Origin: Candidatus Eiseniibacteriota bacterium
Lineage (GTDB): Bacteria > Eisenbacteria > RBG-16-71-46 > CAVPCR01
NCBI GenBank assembly: GCA_963823555.1
Contig: CAWGMA010000004.1
Span: 288,001 to 352,000, forward strand
Length of the DNA stretch: 64,000 nucleotides
Direction of reading: 5' to 3'
In this document: piece by piece, positions 1-9,182 of the stretch
Layout: the number at the start of each line of letters is the position of its first letter
How positions within the stretch are numbered: the first letter of the stretch is position 1
Made by a program: the position numbers and the translations under genes
The notes under the pieces: generated by a model
The model's input: only the letters and a program-made list of their open reading frames with translations
The model's database searches: none
Told to the model about the DNA's origin: nothing

Positions 1-208
1 ACTCGAACATATTCGAGAGCGGGATGTGTCCGGCCAGGTTCCAGCGCATTCCGAGCCCGATGGTCTGGAATCCGCCTCCCACGAACAGGACGGCGGCGGC
101 GATCCGCCCGAGGCCGATGTTCCGCAGGGCGAAGAAGCCGGTGAAGAGAACGAAGGCGGCCAGGTACAGCCACAGGCTGACGGTGAAGAGATGAACGTCC
201 GGAGTCAT
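1..208 (-). CDS. ccsA: Cytochrome c biogenesis protein CcsA/ResC, N-terminal part (runs off window edge)
   Basis: Manual translation MTPDVHLFTVSLWLYLAAF...LGMRWNLAGHIPLSNMFE shows the GHxPlsnxxE motif. The ATG overlaps the resB stop (ATGA). Confidence 0.85.
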   Translation of the reverse strand, partial: MTPDVHLFTVSLWLYLAAFVLFTGFFALRNIGLGRIAAAVLFVGGGFQTIGLGMRWNLAGHIPLSNMFE

Positions 209-1557
209 GCTGCCTTCCGCTGCTCGATGGTGGCCGCGACGGCCTTGGTGATGGATGCAAACTCACGCTTGAATGCATCGCGGTTGCCGCTCGATATTCC
301 TGCGACGTACAGCGCGTCGGCATCGATCACGACCCAGAGCTTGCGGTGCGTGAGGTAGAAGGAGAAGACGAGACCGAGCGTGGCCACGGCGAAGCCGGCC
401 CAGATGGGCGGACTTCCGGGGCTCGTGCGGGCCTGGAGCCCGGTGGCGTAGGCCGGCGCGACGCCGGCGAGGCGGAGGTCGTCGAGCTTGGAGTCGGCGT
501 GCCCGAAATCGGGATGATGGAGGAAGAGCCACTGCCCCGCGACCGCCTCGTCGCCATCGTAGAGCACGAGGCGCGCCGCCGGGTTCCGCATCTCGTTCGA
601 GGCCGAGATCACGCCCTCGGCCGTCATACGGAAATGCGACACGAAGTCGTCGACGGCGATCTCCCGGCCATCGGAAAGCCGCGTGCGCGTCTTGAAGGGC
701 ACGGTCACCCGCTCCCCGCTGTCACCGGCAATGAGCTCGAGGCTCTGGAGCCGCCCAGGGAGAGCCCGGTACGAGGACTGATAGAAGCTCACTCCGTCGA
801 TGCGGAGTGGATGATTGACCGAGATGGTCTGCGTGAATTGACCGCGGTCGGGGTCCGTCACATCGACGGTGGAGTTGTACTGCATGATCTCGCCGCGCGT
901 GTTCTCCGGCACGTGGAAGCTCGCGAGGCGGATTCTGAAGTCCTTGCCCATGCCGGACCACTCCTGTCCCGGCTCCAGCCACACCCACTCCGAGCGGCCG
1001 AAGATCCCGCTCGCGATCCCGCCGAAGATGAGGAGCAGGAGTCCGACATGGGTCAGGTAGGGGCCGGTACGGGAGAGGCCGCCGCGGGATGCGGCGAGCG
1101 CCACCAAGTCACCACCAGGCGCCCGCCGCACCGCGAAGCCGCGCCGGCGGAGCGCCCTGCTGACATCGTCAGCATCGACACTCGCGCCGTCCGCGAGGGC
1201 CAGCCGCGCATGCTGCTTGAGGCTCATGAGCTCTGCCGGTGACCGCCGGAAGTGAAGACCGAGGGCGGTCTTCACGGTCACCCGGAGCCGGCTCACGCTG
1301 CATGCCACCAGGCTGGCAGAGAGGAGACCGAGCAGCGCGTGGAACCAGAACGACCGGAACGGCTGGAAGACTCCCAGCACGGCCAGGGTCTCATAGGTGC
1401 GATCTCCATACTGGGACCGGTAGTGCTCCTCGGCGCCATAGAACCCGACAGGGAACTTCTCGCCGAGGACGATGCCACCGATCGAGGCGATCGCCAGCGC
1501 AATGAGCAGGATGATGACGAACCTGGTCGAGTTGAGAGTCTTCCACAGCGTTTTCAA
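205..1557 (-). CDS. resB: Cytochrome c biogenesis protein ResB/Ccs1 (System II)
   Basis: N-terminal TM helices, FRSFWF, YLTHVGLLLLIFG, VNHPL...FYQSSY and C-terminal PG...W TM, all typical of ResB. Adjacent to ccsA. Confidence 0.9.
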   Translation of the reverse strand: MKTLWKTLNSTRFVIILLIALAIASIGGIVLGEKFPVGFYGAEEHYRSQYGDRTYETLAVLGVFQPFRSFWFHALLGLLSASLVACSVSRLRVTVKTALGLHFRRSPAELMSLKQHARLALADGASVDADDVSRALRRRGFAVRRAPGGDLVALAASRGGLSRTGPYLTHVGLLLLIFGGIASGIFGRSEWVWLEPGQEWSGMGKDFRIRLASFHVPENTRGEIMQYNSTVDVTDPDRGQFTQTISVNHPLRIDGVSFYQSSYRALPGRLQSLELIAGDSGERVTVPFKTRTRLSDGREIAVDDFVSHFRMTAEGVISASNEMRNPAARLVLYDGDEAVAGQWLFLHHPDFGHADSKLDDLRLAGVAPAYATGLQARTSPGSPPIWAGFAVATLGLVFSFYLTHRKLWVVIDADALYVAGISSGNRDAFKREFASITKAVAATIEQRKAA

Positions 1558-1619
1558 GCTGCCTGTCGCTCCGATGCGCCGGGTCCTTTGCTGCCCGGAT
1601 CAGGGTTTCGGTTGCTTGC

Positions 1620-2213
1620 TTACTTCTTCTTGGTCGGATCCGGATGCGCGACCTTGGCCACGTACTCGTCGTACTTGAAGCCCTTGAAGGTCGGGCTCTT
1701 CTCGTTGTGGCACTTGGTGCAGGCCGCGGCATCAGGAGTCACCAGACCGACCGCCTTGGCATCCTGCGTACCGGCAGCGATCGCCTTCATCACGCTCATC
1801 GGCGAGTAGGCGCTTCCCGGTCCATGGCAGGACTCGCAGGACACGCCCTCCTCCACCTTGAGCTTGGCCGAGGCACCGGTCGCAGCCGCCGTGGCATGGC
1901 ATGACAGGCACTCGGGCGACTCGTGGGCCGGCTTGGCCAGCTTCTTGTCGGTGGCGATGGTCACGGCCTTCTCGCCCTTGAGCGTCTCGAACGCCTTGGC
2001 GTGTGGGCTCTTCTGCCACGACTGGAACTGGCCACCCTTGGCTTCGGTCTTGTGGCACATGGCGCACTTCTGGGTGCCGATGTACTCGAACTTGACTTCG
2101 GCCTTCTCGGCCTTCGCCGGTTCCTCGCCGACGGCGGGAACAGGCGTGAACCAGAACGCCGCCAGCACGATGTACATCACGACACCCAGACCCAACAGGT
2201 AAGATGCTCTCAC
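1620..2213 (-). CDS. Periplasmic tetraheme cytochrome c (c554-like)
   Basis: Signal peptide; 4 CxxCH (CAMCH, CLSCH, CESCH, CTKCH); YIGxxxC, WxxSxHAxA and GVSCESCHGPGS pattern. Confidence 0.88.
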   Translation of the reverse strand: MRASYLLGLGVVMYIVLAAFWFTPVPAVGEEPAKAEKAEVKFEYIGTQKCAMCHKTEAKGGQFQSWQKSPHAKAFETLKGEKAVTIATDKKLAKPAHESPECLSCHATAAATGASAKLKVEEGVSCESCHGPGSAYSPMSVMKAIAAGTQDAKAVGLVTPDAAACTKCHNEKSPTFKGFKYDEYVAKVAHPDPTKKK

Positions 2214-2281
2214 CTTCAGTTACCTCCTCCTTAGCTCGGGGCCTTGCGGAACCCTCCGGCCCGGGTCTCAAGCCTGGCTGT

Positions 2282-2677
2282 TCAGCGCGCGGCCAGGCTG
2301 TCCTCCACCACCCAGCGCTCGACCAGCGCCACCTCATCCGGACTGGAGTAAAACGAGTTCATGCTACCACCCGGCCTCGACACGACAAGCAGAAGGCAAT
2401 CCGGGTCACCGGCGATGGCGTTCGGTGTGCCATCCAACCCATTCCCCATGATCTCCTCCAGCGTTGTCATGCCGTACTGAGCCGCCGGGTTGGCTCCACT
2501 GTGACACGAGACGCATCTCGCGTCGAAGATGGGCTTTATGTCGGCCTCGTAGGTCACCCGCTCGGGCGGGGCAGGCGTGGCCGGCAACTCCCGCCGCTCG
2601 GCGCACCCCTCGGTCAGGGCCGCCGCGGCCAGGAGGATCAAGAGGCTTATACCCCGGAACGCTCGGCACCGCTCCAT
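2282..2677 (-). CDS. Monoheme c-type cytochrome, probable lipoprotein
   Basis: Hydrophobic signal ending in LTEGC; TYEADIKPIFDARCVSCH; distal Met (GSM); ERWV end. ATG 2677 follows the upstream stop at 2680. Confidence 0.8.
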   Translation of the reverse strand: MERCRAFRGISLLILLAAAALTEGCAERRELPATPAPPERVTYEADIKPIFDARCVSCHSGANPAAQYGMTTLEEIMGNGLDGTPNAIAGDPDCLLLVVSRPGGSMNSFYSSPDEVALVERWVVEDSLAAR

Positions 2678-2679
2678 GG

Positions 2680-3903
2680 CTAGTCCCCTCCCTTGGGGCC
2701 GTGGCAGTAGCTGCAGAAGCCTGGTGATGAATACGCCGACGGTGTGTGGCAGGCGTAGCATGTGGCCTGACGATCGTTGTGCCATGGCCCGTGGACGCTC
2801 CGCATGTATCCAGGCTCGTGAGTCCGCGGATCGTTGCCGCGCCCCAGCTGGCGGTCCATGTGACAGGCGAGGCAGACCGGATCTTCGCCCTGCACATCAT
2901 GACAGGCCGCGCAGTTCTCGATGTCGCGCCGGGCCAGCTGCCCGTGTCGTCCACCGCCGGTGCCCACGCCGCCGGAGACCGCACCCCAGTCCGCTCCGCC
3001 GTGCCACTCGGGCTTCTGACCGCCCAGGATCTTCTCCGTGCGATGGCATTCGGCGCAGAACGTGGCTGGTTCGTGGCAGCTCTGGCAGTCCTTCTCCTTG
3101 CCGCGGGCATCGAGGCCGTGCTGGTACACGTAGTCGAGGTCGTGCACCCGCTCGAGCACCATCGGCTGGCCTTGCTTGGCCGCGTTCGGGGCATAGGGCG
3201 CGTAGTGATCCGCGGGCTTCCCCCCGGCGCGGGCCAGCACGGCTCCCTCGTGACATTCCTGGCAATCGGTCACGCCGGCTGCGCGTGCTCCGTGACACAT
3301 GGTGCAGTTCGCGGCACCGGCGCTGGCGAAATCCTTGTGGCGGTGGAGCCAGTCCTGCGTGTGCGATTCCGGCCGCAGATCAGCCGAGGCCGCATGGCAG
3401 ATCTCGCAGTTTCCCGCCGCCTGGTTCCCGTCGTGACACTCGGCGCAAGTGGCCATCGTCGGCAGCTGCGCCGCACCGGCGTAGTCGACCTCGGCCATGC
3501 CGGCGTGGCAGCGGTCACAGGTCAGCCCCTTTCCGATGTGCAGCTCATGGCTGAAGAAGATCGAGCGCTCGGCGGGCGCGAAGGCCGTGTAGTCGGGCCC
3601 GCTCTCCTTGTGGCAGAACGAGCACTCGGTCGAGCTCTCATCGTGACAGGCGTAGCAGGTCTGCATGTTGCCGAGGTGGTTGTCGGATGCCTTCTGGCTC
3701 GACTCGATTCCACCGTGGCAGCTCGAGCAATCGGCGCCGACATCGACGAGGTGCTTCTGGTGCGAGAAGTGGATGAGCGCGCTCTCATCCTGGGAACTGG
3801 TCCAGCTCCCAGCGCCGACCATGCCGGCGAGAACGAGCAACACGATCACCACGAGGCCGATCACGGCGTGGCGCCGCATCTGGATCCGGTGGTCATGTTC
3901 CAT
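2680..3903 (-). CDS. 14-heme periplasmic cytochrome c (c3/c7-like repeats)
   Basis: N-terminal signal/TM; 14 CxxCH counted; FSHxxH c7-type segments. Start overlaps the porin stop (TGATG). Confidence 0.92.
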   Translation of the reverse strand: MEHDHRIQMRRHAVIGLVVIVLLVLAGMVGAGSWTSSQDESALIHFSHQKHLVDVGADCSSCHGGIESSQKASDNHLGNMQTCYACHDESSTECSFCHKESGPDYTAFAPAERSIFFSHELHIGKGLTCDRCHAGMAEVDYAGAAQLPTMATCAECHDGNQAAGNCEICHAASADLRPESHTQDWLHRHKDFASAGAANCTMCHGARAAGVTDCQECHEGAVLARAGGKPADHYAPYAPNAAKQGQPMVLERVHDLDYVYQHGLDARGKEKDCQSCHEPATFCAECHRTEKILGGQKPEWHGGADWGAVSGGVGTGGGRHGQLARRDIENCAACHDVQGEDPVCLACHMDRQLGRGNDPRTHEPGYMRSVHGPWHNDRQATCYACHTPSAYSSPGFCSYCHGPKGGD

Positions 3904-5240
3904 CAGAACACCCCCGTGACGTTACGCCCGGCGAAGAACCAGTACGTGATGCGGGCATGACCGCGCCAGTCGTGCGTGTATCCGGTGAAGTCGGGCAGGG
4001 TGTGCAGGTCCTGGCTCAGGTTCTGGATTTCGACATCGAAGGATAGCGTTCGCATCGGGCGCAGCTCGCCGCCGAAGCTCAAGACGATCGATTCGTCCCG
4101 ATCGTCCTGGCCCTCGAACACCTCGAAGCTCGTGTAGCCGGCTTCGACCCGGGCCGAGCCCATCTCGGAGAACTGATGCCGGTAGGCGCCGGTCACCGCA
4201 TCCGACGCTCCCGTGTAGCCCATCCGGTGCGCGTAGTTCACGCTCCATGGACCACGCCCCGCACCTACTCCAAAGTACTGCCCGGAATCATCATCGAGGA
4301 ACGTGGATGAGAAATGGCCGAAGGCGCGCACCTCGGGAGTCACCACGTAGCTCGCCCGCACGCCGAACTCGTCGAAATCAGACTGAGTGAAGACGCTGAA
4401 GAGCGAGTTGGCGTAGATCGAGGGCGCGCGATGGAAGTACTCGAAATCGGCGGTCCATTTCTCTCCCGGGAGTGCCACGTTGAGCGCCCCGCTGGCGACC
4501 TTGAGACGCCACTCGGGAAGACGATCCACCTCCACCCGGCCGTACACCGTCGATCCCTGACGCCAGCCCCACGCCACGTCCGCTCCGTAAAGCTCTTCCT
4601 GGCCGTCGGGAAGAACGAGGAGTTCGTTGGTGTACTCCCCCGGCTCCTCGTACTCGAACGACTCGCGGTTGCGCCGGGCGAAGCTCACGGCGGTGGTCAG
4701 GTTCTGGGGCTGGTGAAAGGTGAGGCGGCCGCCGTAGGCTCGATTCTCCCAGCCCTGGACCTTGAAGTCTCCGGTCAGTGGAGCCTGGGCGCCGGCGAAG
4801 AGCTCGAGGGTGGCCAGGTTGCGGAAGCGGTAGCTCCCGAAGCCGCCGTCGATGAGCGTGTTGCCGACGCCGGCGAACACCCGCATGCGGCCCCCGCGGA
4901 GCTCGTAGGCGTGCCGCCGATCCTTCCACTGCGCGTAGAGATTCGTGACCCGGTAGTCCGAGGCGTCATGGTTCACGGTAGCCACGTCCTGGTGGCCACT
5001 CATGTAGGTATGGAGAGAGAAACGCGGGTCGCCAAGGCCCTCGAGATGGAAGATCCCCAGGGCCTGGGCCCGCATGTAGTCGAAGCTCGTCGAATCGGTT
5101 GGCGCACGGTCATAGCGGTAGAACGAGGTCGTGATGCGCCCGTGAAAGGTCTGCCCGCTGGCCGCCGGCGCGAGGAAGGCAACGATCGCGATCGATGCTG
5201 CCAGGCCGGTGCAGAGGGGGATGCGCGCAGAAGGGTTCAT
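3903..5240 (-). CDS. Outer-membrane beta-barrel (porin of a putative porin-cytochrome complex)
   Basis: Signal peptide (APAASG-Q), alternating amphipathic Y/F/G-rich strands, terminal Phe; GGAGG RBS before ATG 5240; coupled to the 14-heme gene. Confidence 0.75.
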   Translation of the reverse strand: MNPSARIPLCTGLAASIAIVAFLAPAASGQTFHGRITTSFYRYDRAPTDSTSFDYMRAQALGIFHLEGLGDPRFSLHTYMSGHQDVATVNHDASDYRVTNLYAQWKDRRHAYELRGGRMRVFAGVGNTLIDGGFGSYRFRNLATLELFAGAQAPLTGDFKVQGWENRAYGGRLTFHQPQNLTTAVSFARRNRESFEYEEPGEYTNELLVLPDGQEELYGADVAWGWRQGSTVYGRVEVDRLPEWRLKVASGALNVALPGEKWTADFEYFHRAPSIYANSLFSVFTQSDFDEFGVRASYVVTPEVRAFGHFSSTFLDDDSGQYFGVGAGRGPWSVNYAHRMGYTGASDAVTGAYRHQFSEMGSARVEAGYTSFEVFEGQDDRDESIVLSFGGELRPMRTLSFDVEIQNLSQDLHTLPDFTGYTHDWRGHARITYWFFAGRNVTGVF

Positions 5241-5442
5241 GACCTCCTCCATGGCCCGGGCGCATTCCGGCCCAAAGATGGCTTCCCAGCTTGGGTGAGA
5301 TTGCCCGGGACGAGACTCCTCAGCGCTGACGCAAGAAGGATGCAGCCCGAGCCTGTGGACCTTCGATACGTATATTACTTGATCATTTAAAGAGTTAGCT
5401 ATTTGAGTGGAGACCCGGTGATGATTGGGTTATCTGCAAGCC

Positions 5443-5546
5443 CGACATTTTGTCGACGCACGTGCCCGCCAGCCGTGACATATTGCCCGGAATGATGGGT
5501 CTGAGGCCGCCGTGACTTCCAAGCAGGGCAGGCTTGACAAATTGTC
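5443..5546. promoter_or_regulatory. Three GACA-N3-TG(T/C)C palindromes, candidate enhancer (UAS) sites
   Basis: CGACATTTTGTCG 5443-5455, GACATATTGCC 5477-5487, GACAAATTGTC 5536-5546, in the divergent intergenic region. Confidence 0.5.
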
Positions 5547-5647
5547 GGTTGGCTCCGAGACGTCCTGCGGTCTTGTCCGGCGGTTCCCCATCATGAAACG
5601 GAGCTGGACCGCCCTCCGGGCAACGGTGGATAACTTAACATTATATT

Positions 5648-5660
5648 TATCAATCGGTTA
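5648..5660 (+). promoter_or_regulatory. IHF binding site
   Basis: TATCAATCGGTTA is an exact WATCAANNNNTTR match with an AT-rich 5' tract in GC-rich DNA. Confidence 0.6.
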
Positions 5661-5697
5661 GATCATTGATCAGGAACCTCTTCGCGGGACAGGTGGG

Positions 5698-5713
5698 CGG
5701 CACGCAGGGTGCA
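5698..5713 (+). promoter_or_regulatory. Sigma54 (-24/-12) promoter candidate for the rightward cytochrome operon
   Basis: CGGCACGCAGGGTGCA has GG-N10-GC spacing with a GGCAC core, about 40 bp downstream of the IHF site and about 110 bp upstream of ATG 5821. Confidence 0.55.
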
Positions 5714-5820
5714 ATTGACCAGGAGGCTAGCCCCGGATGGGGCGGCGCATGTCTCGGACTCGACCGATCCGCTGGCCACCTGGTCAAGCGGGAAGCTGCT
5801 AACGGAGGGAGGTCGCGATA

Positions 5821-7503
5821 ATGACGCGAAAGTTCCGTCCATTCGCCCATCTTCTCCTGGCGGTCCTGGCGGCCACGACAGTGGCCATGTTCAGCGGCTG
5901 CGAGGATGACGATGACAATGTCGTGGTTCCGGAACCTGCGATCTCGGTCACGGTTTCCGCCTCATCCGACACGCTCAGAGGCGGAGGGACAGTGACCCTT
6001 ATCGCATCGGCCACGACCTCGGACGCGGCGGGGGACCTCACGTACAGCTGGTCGTCTACCGCAGGCTCGTTCTCCAGCACCTCAGAAGACACCACCACGT
6101 GGACCGGGCCCGAGACGGCCGGGATGTATGACATCTCCTGCATCGTGACCGATGGGAAGAACGCCGGGATCGGTACCAAGACTCTCGGCGTGGATACCTA
6201 CATGCCAGCGGATAGTCCCTTCTATCGCGGTGCGACCTACTGCCAGGGCTGCCATGACGGCGGTTCGGGCGGTGATCAGTACGCGACGTGGGAAATGACC
6301 GGGCATGCCAACGCCTGGGAGACCCTGAACGCGATCGGCCAGGGCCGGAACAATGTCTGCCTGCCGTGCCACACCGTGGGGTCGGTGGGGACCAACGCCG
6401 ATCCGGACCTCAACAACGGCGGTTATGACGAGACCGCGGTGGCGAGGCTCCAGGGTGTGCAGTGCGAGAACTGCCACGGCCCCGGCAGCGCCCATCCGGG
6501 CGACTTCGCCTCGGTGGACGTGGCGCTGGAAGCCGACCTGTGCGGTGCCTGCCACAATGGAGCTCATCACCCGACGTTCGACGAGTGGTCGGGGTCGCCG
6601 CATGCCAGCGTCATCGAGTCGGCGGCGCTCCGTGGCTCTTGTTCCAAGTGCCACAACGGGCTCGTCGCGGTCAACTACCTCGATGCTCCGCAGGGATTCC
6701 CGAATCCTCCGGATCCCACCGAGACGTTGCCCTTCACCTGCGCGGTTTGCCACGACCCGCACGGCAACGAGAACAATGCCTATCTGCGGAACGCTGCGGC
6801 CACCGATGTCGTCCTTCCCGACGGCACCGTGGTGCCCGAGGCGGGCGCGGGCCGGCTCTGCATGTCGTGCCACAACGGGCGGCGGACGCCGGAGAACATC
6901 GAGGACCAGATTGCGAACGGTAGCTCGCACTTCGGGCCTCACCACTCCGTGCAGGGCGACATGCTCGCCGGCACCGGCGCCTACGAGGATGTCCAGCCCG
7001 GATTCCCGTGGACCTCGAGCCGGCACCTGGCGGTGCGCGACGGCTGCGTCCATTGCCACACGCACGGGCACGAGGGTGAAGAGGTCTACACCGGACACGG
7101 CTTCCTGCCGACGGTCGAGGCCTGCGCAGAGTGCCATGGTCCGATCACGGACTTCACCGAGATCATTGCCAAGCAGGACTACGACGGCAACGGCCAGATC
7201 GAAGGCGTGCAGCTGGAGATCACCGGGCTCCTCGGGATCCTCAAGCAGGCGATCGTGGATGCCAGCTTGACGCCTGGCGCTGCCGATTCCCTCGCCAACG
7301 CGGAGGATTTCTCGGCGGCCGTCGGGGACACGCTGATCACGACGGTCGAGCAGCGGGAGGCCGGTTACAACTACTTCTTCGTCGACTTCGACGGATCGCA
7401 TGGCGTGCACAACACGACCTACGCGATCCAGCTCCTGCAGCAGAGCACGCTCGCGATCGCACCCGGGAAGTTGCCACCGGGGGCGTACATCCTGCGTGAC
7501 TGA
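5821..7503 (+). CDS. 9-heme c-type cytochrome lipoprotein with N-terminal Ig-like domain
   Basis: Lipobox FSGC followed by EDDDDN; S/T-rich Ig-like domain; 9 CxxCH; C-terminal DGSHGVHN helical segment. Confidence 0.9.
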   Translation: MTRKFRPFAHLLLAVLAATTVAMFSGCEDDDDNVVVPEPAISVTVSASSDTLRGGGTVTLIASATTSDAAGDLTYSWSSTAGSFSSTSEDTTTWTGPETAGMYDISCIVTDGKNAGIGTKTLGVDTYMPADSPFYRGATYCQGCHDGGSGGDQYATWEMTGHANAWETLNAIGQGRNNVCLPCHTVGSVGTNADPDLNNGGYDETAVARLQGVQCENCHGPGSAHPGDFASVDVALEADLCGACHNGAHHPTFDEWSGSPHASVIESAALRGSCSKCHNGLVAVNYLDAPQGFPNPPDPTETLPFTCAVCHDPHGNENNAYLRNAAATDVVLPDGTVVPEAGAGRLCMSCHNGRRTPENIEDQIANGSSHFGPHHSVQGDMLAGTGAYEDVQPGFPWTSSRHLAVRDGCVHCHTHGHEGEEVYTGHGFLPTVEACAECHGPITDFTEIIAKQDYDGNGQIEGVQLEITGLLGILKQAIVDASLTPGAADSLANAEDFSAAVGDTLITTVEQREAGYNYFFVDFDGSHGVHNTTYAIQLLQQSTLAIAPGKLPPGAYILRD

Positions 7504-7529
7504 TGCCTGACGGGACGGCGCGCGGTTTG

Positions 7530-7559
7530 GGCGCGGTCGCTCCTTCGAGCGACCGCGCC
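7530..7559 (+). other. Perfect 13-bp GC-rich hairpin after the lipoprotein cytochrome gene
   Basis: GGCGCGGTCGCTC-CTTC-GAGCGACCGCGCC with no U-tract. A second hairpin lies at 7603-7645. Confidence 0.55.
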
Positions 7560-7716
7560 TCGCCCCCCGGCGCCGACGACACTCCGGGGCCCTATCCGCG
7601 TCGGAGCTCGAGCCCAGTCTCACCGCGGAGCTGGGCTCGGGCTCCCGCTGTTAATGGGGCTCCTTCGCAGAGATTAGAACGCGCAGAGAGATGAGAAAGA
7701 GGAGAGAGGAGAGACG

Positions 7717-9159
7717 ATGAGCGTGTTCCGGCCGTTCAAGTCCCTGCTGGGTGGGTTCCGGGATCTGATGAGCCATGCCTCACGCCACCCGATCGGGCTC
7801 ATGGGCGCCAATCTCATCTTCTTCTCGGTTCTCCTCTTCATCTTCTTCCTGGCGGTCGAGCTCATTGGTATCGAGACCAATCCCTACATCGGAATCCTCG
7901 CCTATCTCGTGCTGCCCGGCCTGTTCGTCGCCGGCATCATCCTGGTGTTCGTTGGCCGCGGGCTGTACAGGCGGCAGAAGGTGGCCGCTGGACGACCTGC
8001 CTTCACCATCATTGACCTGAACCGCCCCGATCATCGGCAGCGGCTCAACGCGGTGCTCATCGTCAGTGTGCTCTGTCTCCTGGTTCTCGGGGTCGCTGGC
8101 TTCCAGGCCGTGCACTACATGGATTCGAGCGAATTCTGTGGGCTCGTGTGCCACAAGGTCATGATCCCCGAGTTCACCGCCTACGAGGCTTCGCCACACG
8201 CCCGCGTCGAGTGCGTCGATTGCCATATCGGTCCAGGCGCCGGCTGGTTCGTCAAGTCGAAGCTCTCGGGACTGCGCCAGGTGGCGGCTGTCACGTTCAA
8301 TACGTACCACCGGCCGCTGCCGAACCCCGTGCACAATCTGCGCCCGGCGCGCGAGACCTGCGAGCAGTGCCACTGGCCGGCCAAGTTCCACGGCGACCGG
8401 GTCAAGGTGAAGAAGAGCTACGCGCCGGATCATGACAACACGGAGCTGACCACGGTTCTGCTGCTGAAAGTGGGGGGTGGCAGCCTCGAATCGGGTTTCG
8501 CCGAGGGTATTCACTGGCACATGAACCTGGCGAACCGCATCGAGTACATTGCCGATTCGACGCGCACGGATATCTACTGGGTGGGGGTGACGAATCAGGG
8601 CGGTGATGTGACCGAGTACACCAAGGACGGGATCGATTTCGATCCCAAGACTCGCCCCGAGCTCGAACGGCGAGTGCTCGACTGCATGGACTGCCATAAC
8701 CGCCCCACGCATGCCTTTGAACAGCCCAACAAGGCCGTCGATCATGCCATCTGGTCCGGGGCCATCCCGCGCGATCTACCTTACATCCGCCGGGAGTCAG
8801 AACGCGTACTGACCACGGAGTACCCGGACCGGAAGACTGGTTTCGCGACGATTGCCGCGGAGATCGAGGCCTTCTACCGCGATTCGGAGCCCGGACAAGA
8901 TCCGGAAAAGGTCGCTCGAGCGGTGGAGAATCTGCAGGCCATCTACGGCCGCAACATCTTTCCGGAGATGAAGGTGACCTGGGGGACCTACCCCAACCAC
9001 ATCGGTCACGAGACGTCTCCGGGCTGCTTCCGCTGTCACGATGAACAGCACACCAGTTCCGACGGGCAGACGATCAGTCAGGAATGCTCCAACTGCCACC
9101 ATCTGCTGGCCATCGAGGAATCGAACCCCGAGATCCTGGATCGCCTGTACGCCGAGTGA
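7717..9159 (+). CDS. ImcH-like inner-membrane NapC/NirT-family multiheme cytochrome (quinol dehydrogenase)
   Basis: 3 N-terminal TM helices; NapC-type FCGLVCH...SPHARVECVDCHIGPG..K; 5 CxxCH plus 1 CxxxCH; 480 aa. Confidence 0.85.
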   Translation: MSVFRPFKSLLGGFRDLMSHASRHPIGLMGANLIFFSVLLFIFFLAVELIGIETNPYIGILAYLVLPGLFVAGIILVFVGRGLYRRQKVAAGRPAFTIIDLNRPDHRQRLNAVLIVSVLCLLVLGVAGFQAVHYMDSSEFCGLVCHKVMIPEFTAYEASPHARVECVDCHIGPGAGWFVKSKLSGLRQVAAVTFNTYHRPLPNPVHNLRPARETCEQCHWPAKFHGDRVKVKKSYAPDHDNTELTTVLLLKVGGGSLESGFAEGIHWHMNLANRIEYIADSTRTDIYWVGVTNQGGDVTEYTKDGIDFDPKTRPELERRVLDCMDCHNRPTHAFEQPNKAVDHAIWSGAIPRDLPYIRRESERVLTTEYPDRKTGFATIAAEIEAFYRDSEPGQDPEKVARAVENLQAIYGRNIFPEMKVTWGTYPNHIGHETSPGCFRCHDEQHTSSDGQTISQECSNCHHLLAIEESNPEILDRLYAE

Positions 9160-9182
9160 TGCGCTTGAGCGAGGAGAGGGCC

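Noticed and set aside
5821..7503. NrfA or octaheme nitrite reductase
   Set aside because: No CxxCK catalytic heme motif; all nine motifs are CxxCH.
6082..7623. Long antisense or alternate-frame ORFs (also 9852-11258, 38344-39966, 42694-44262, 51705-54449)
   Set aside because: Shadow ORFs expected in high-GC DNA opposite well-supported genes, with no motifs of their own.
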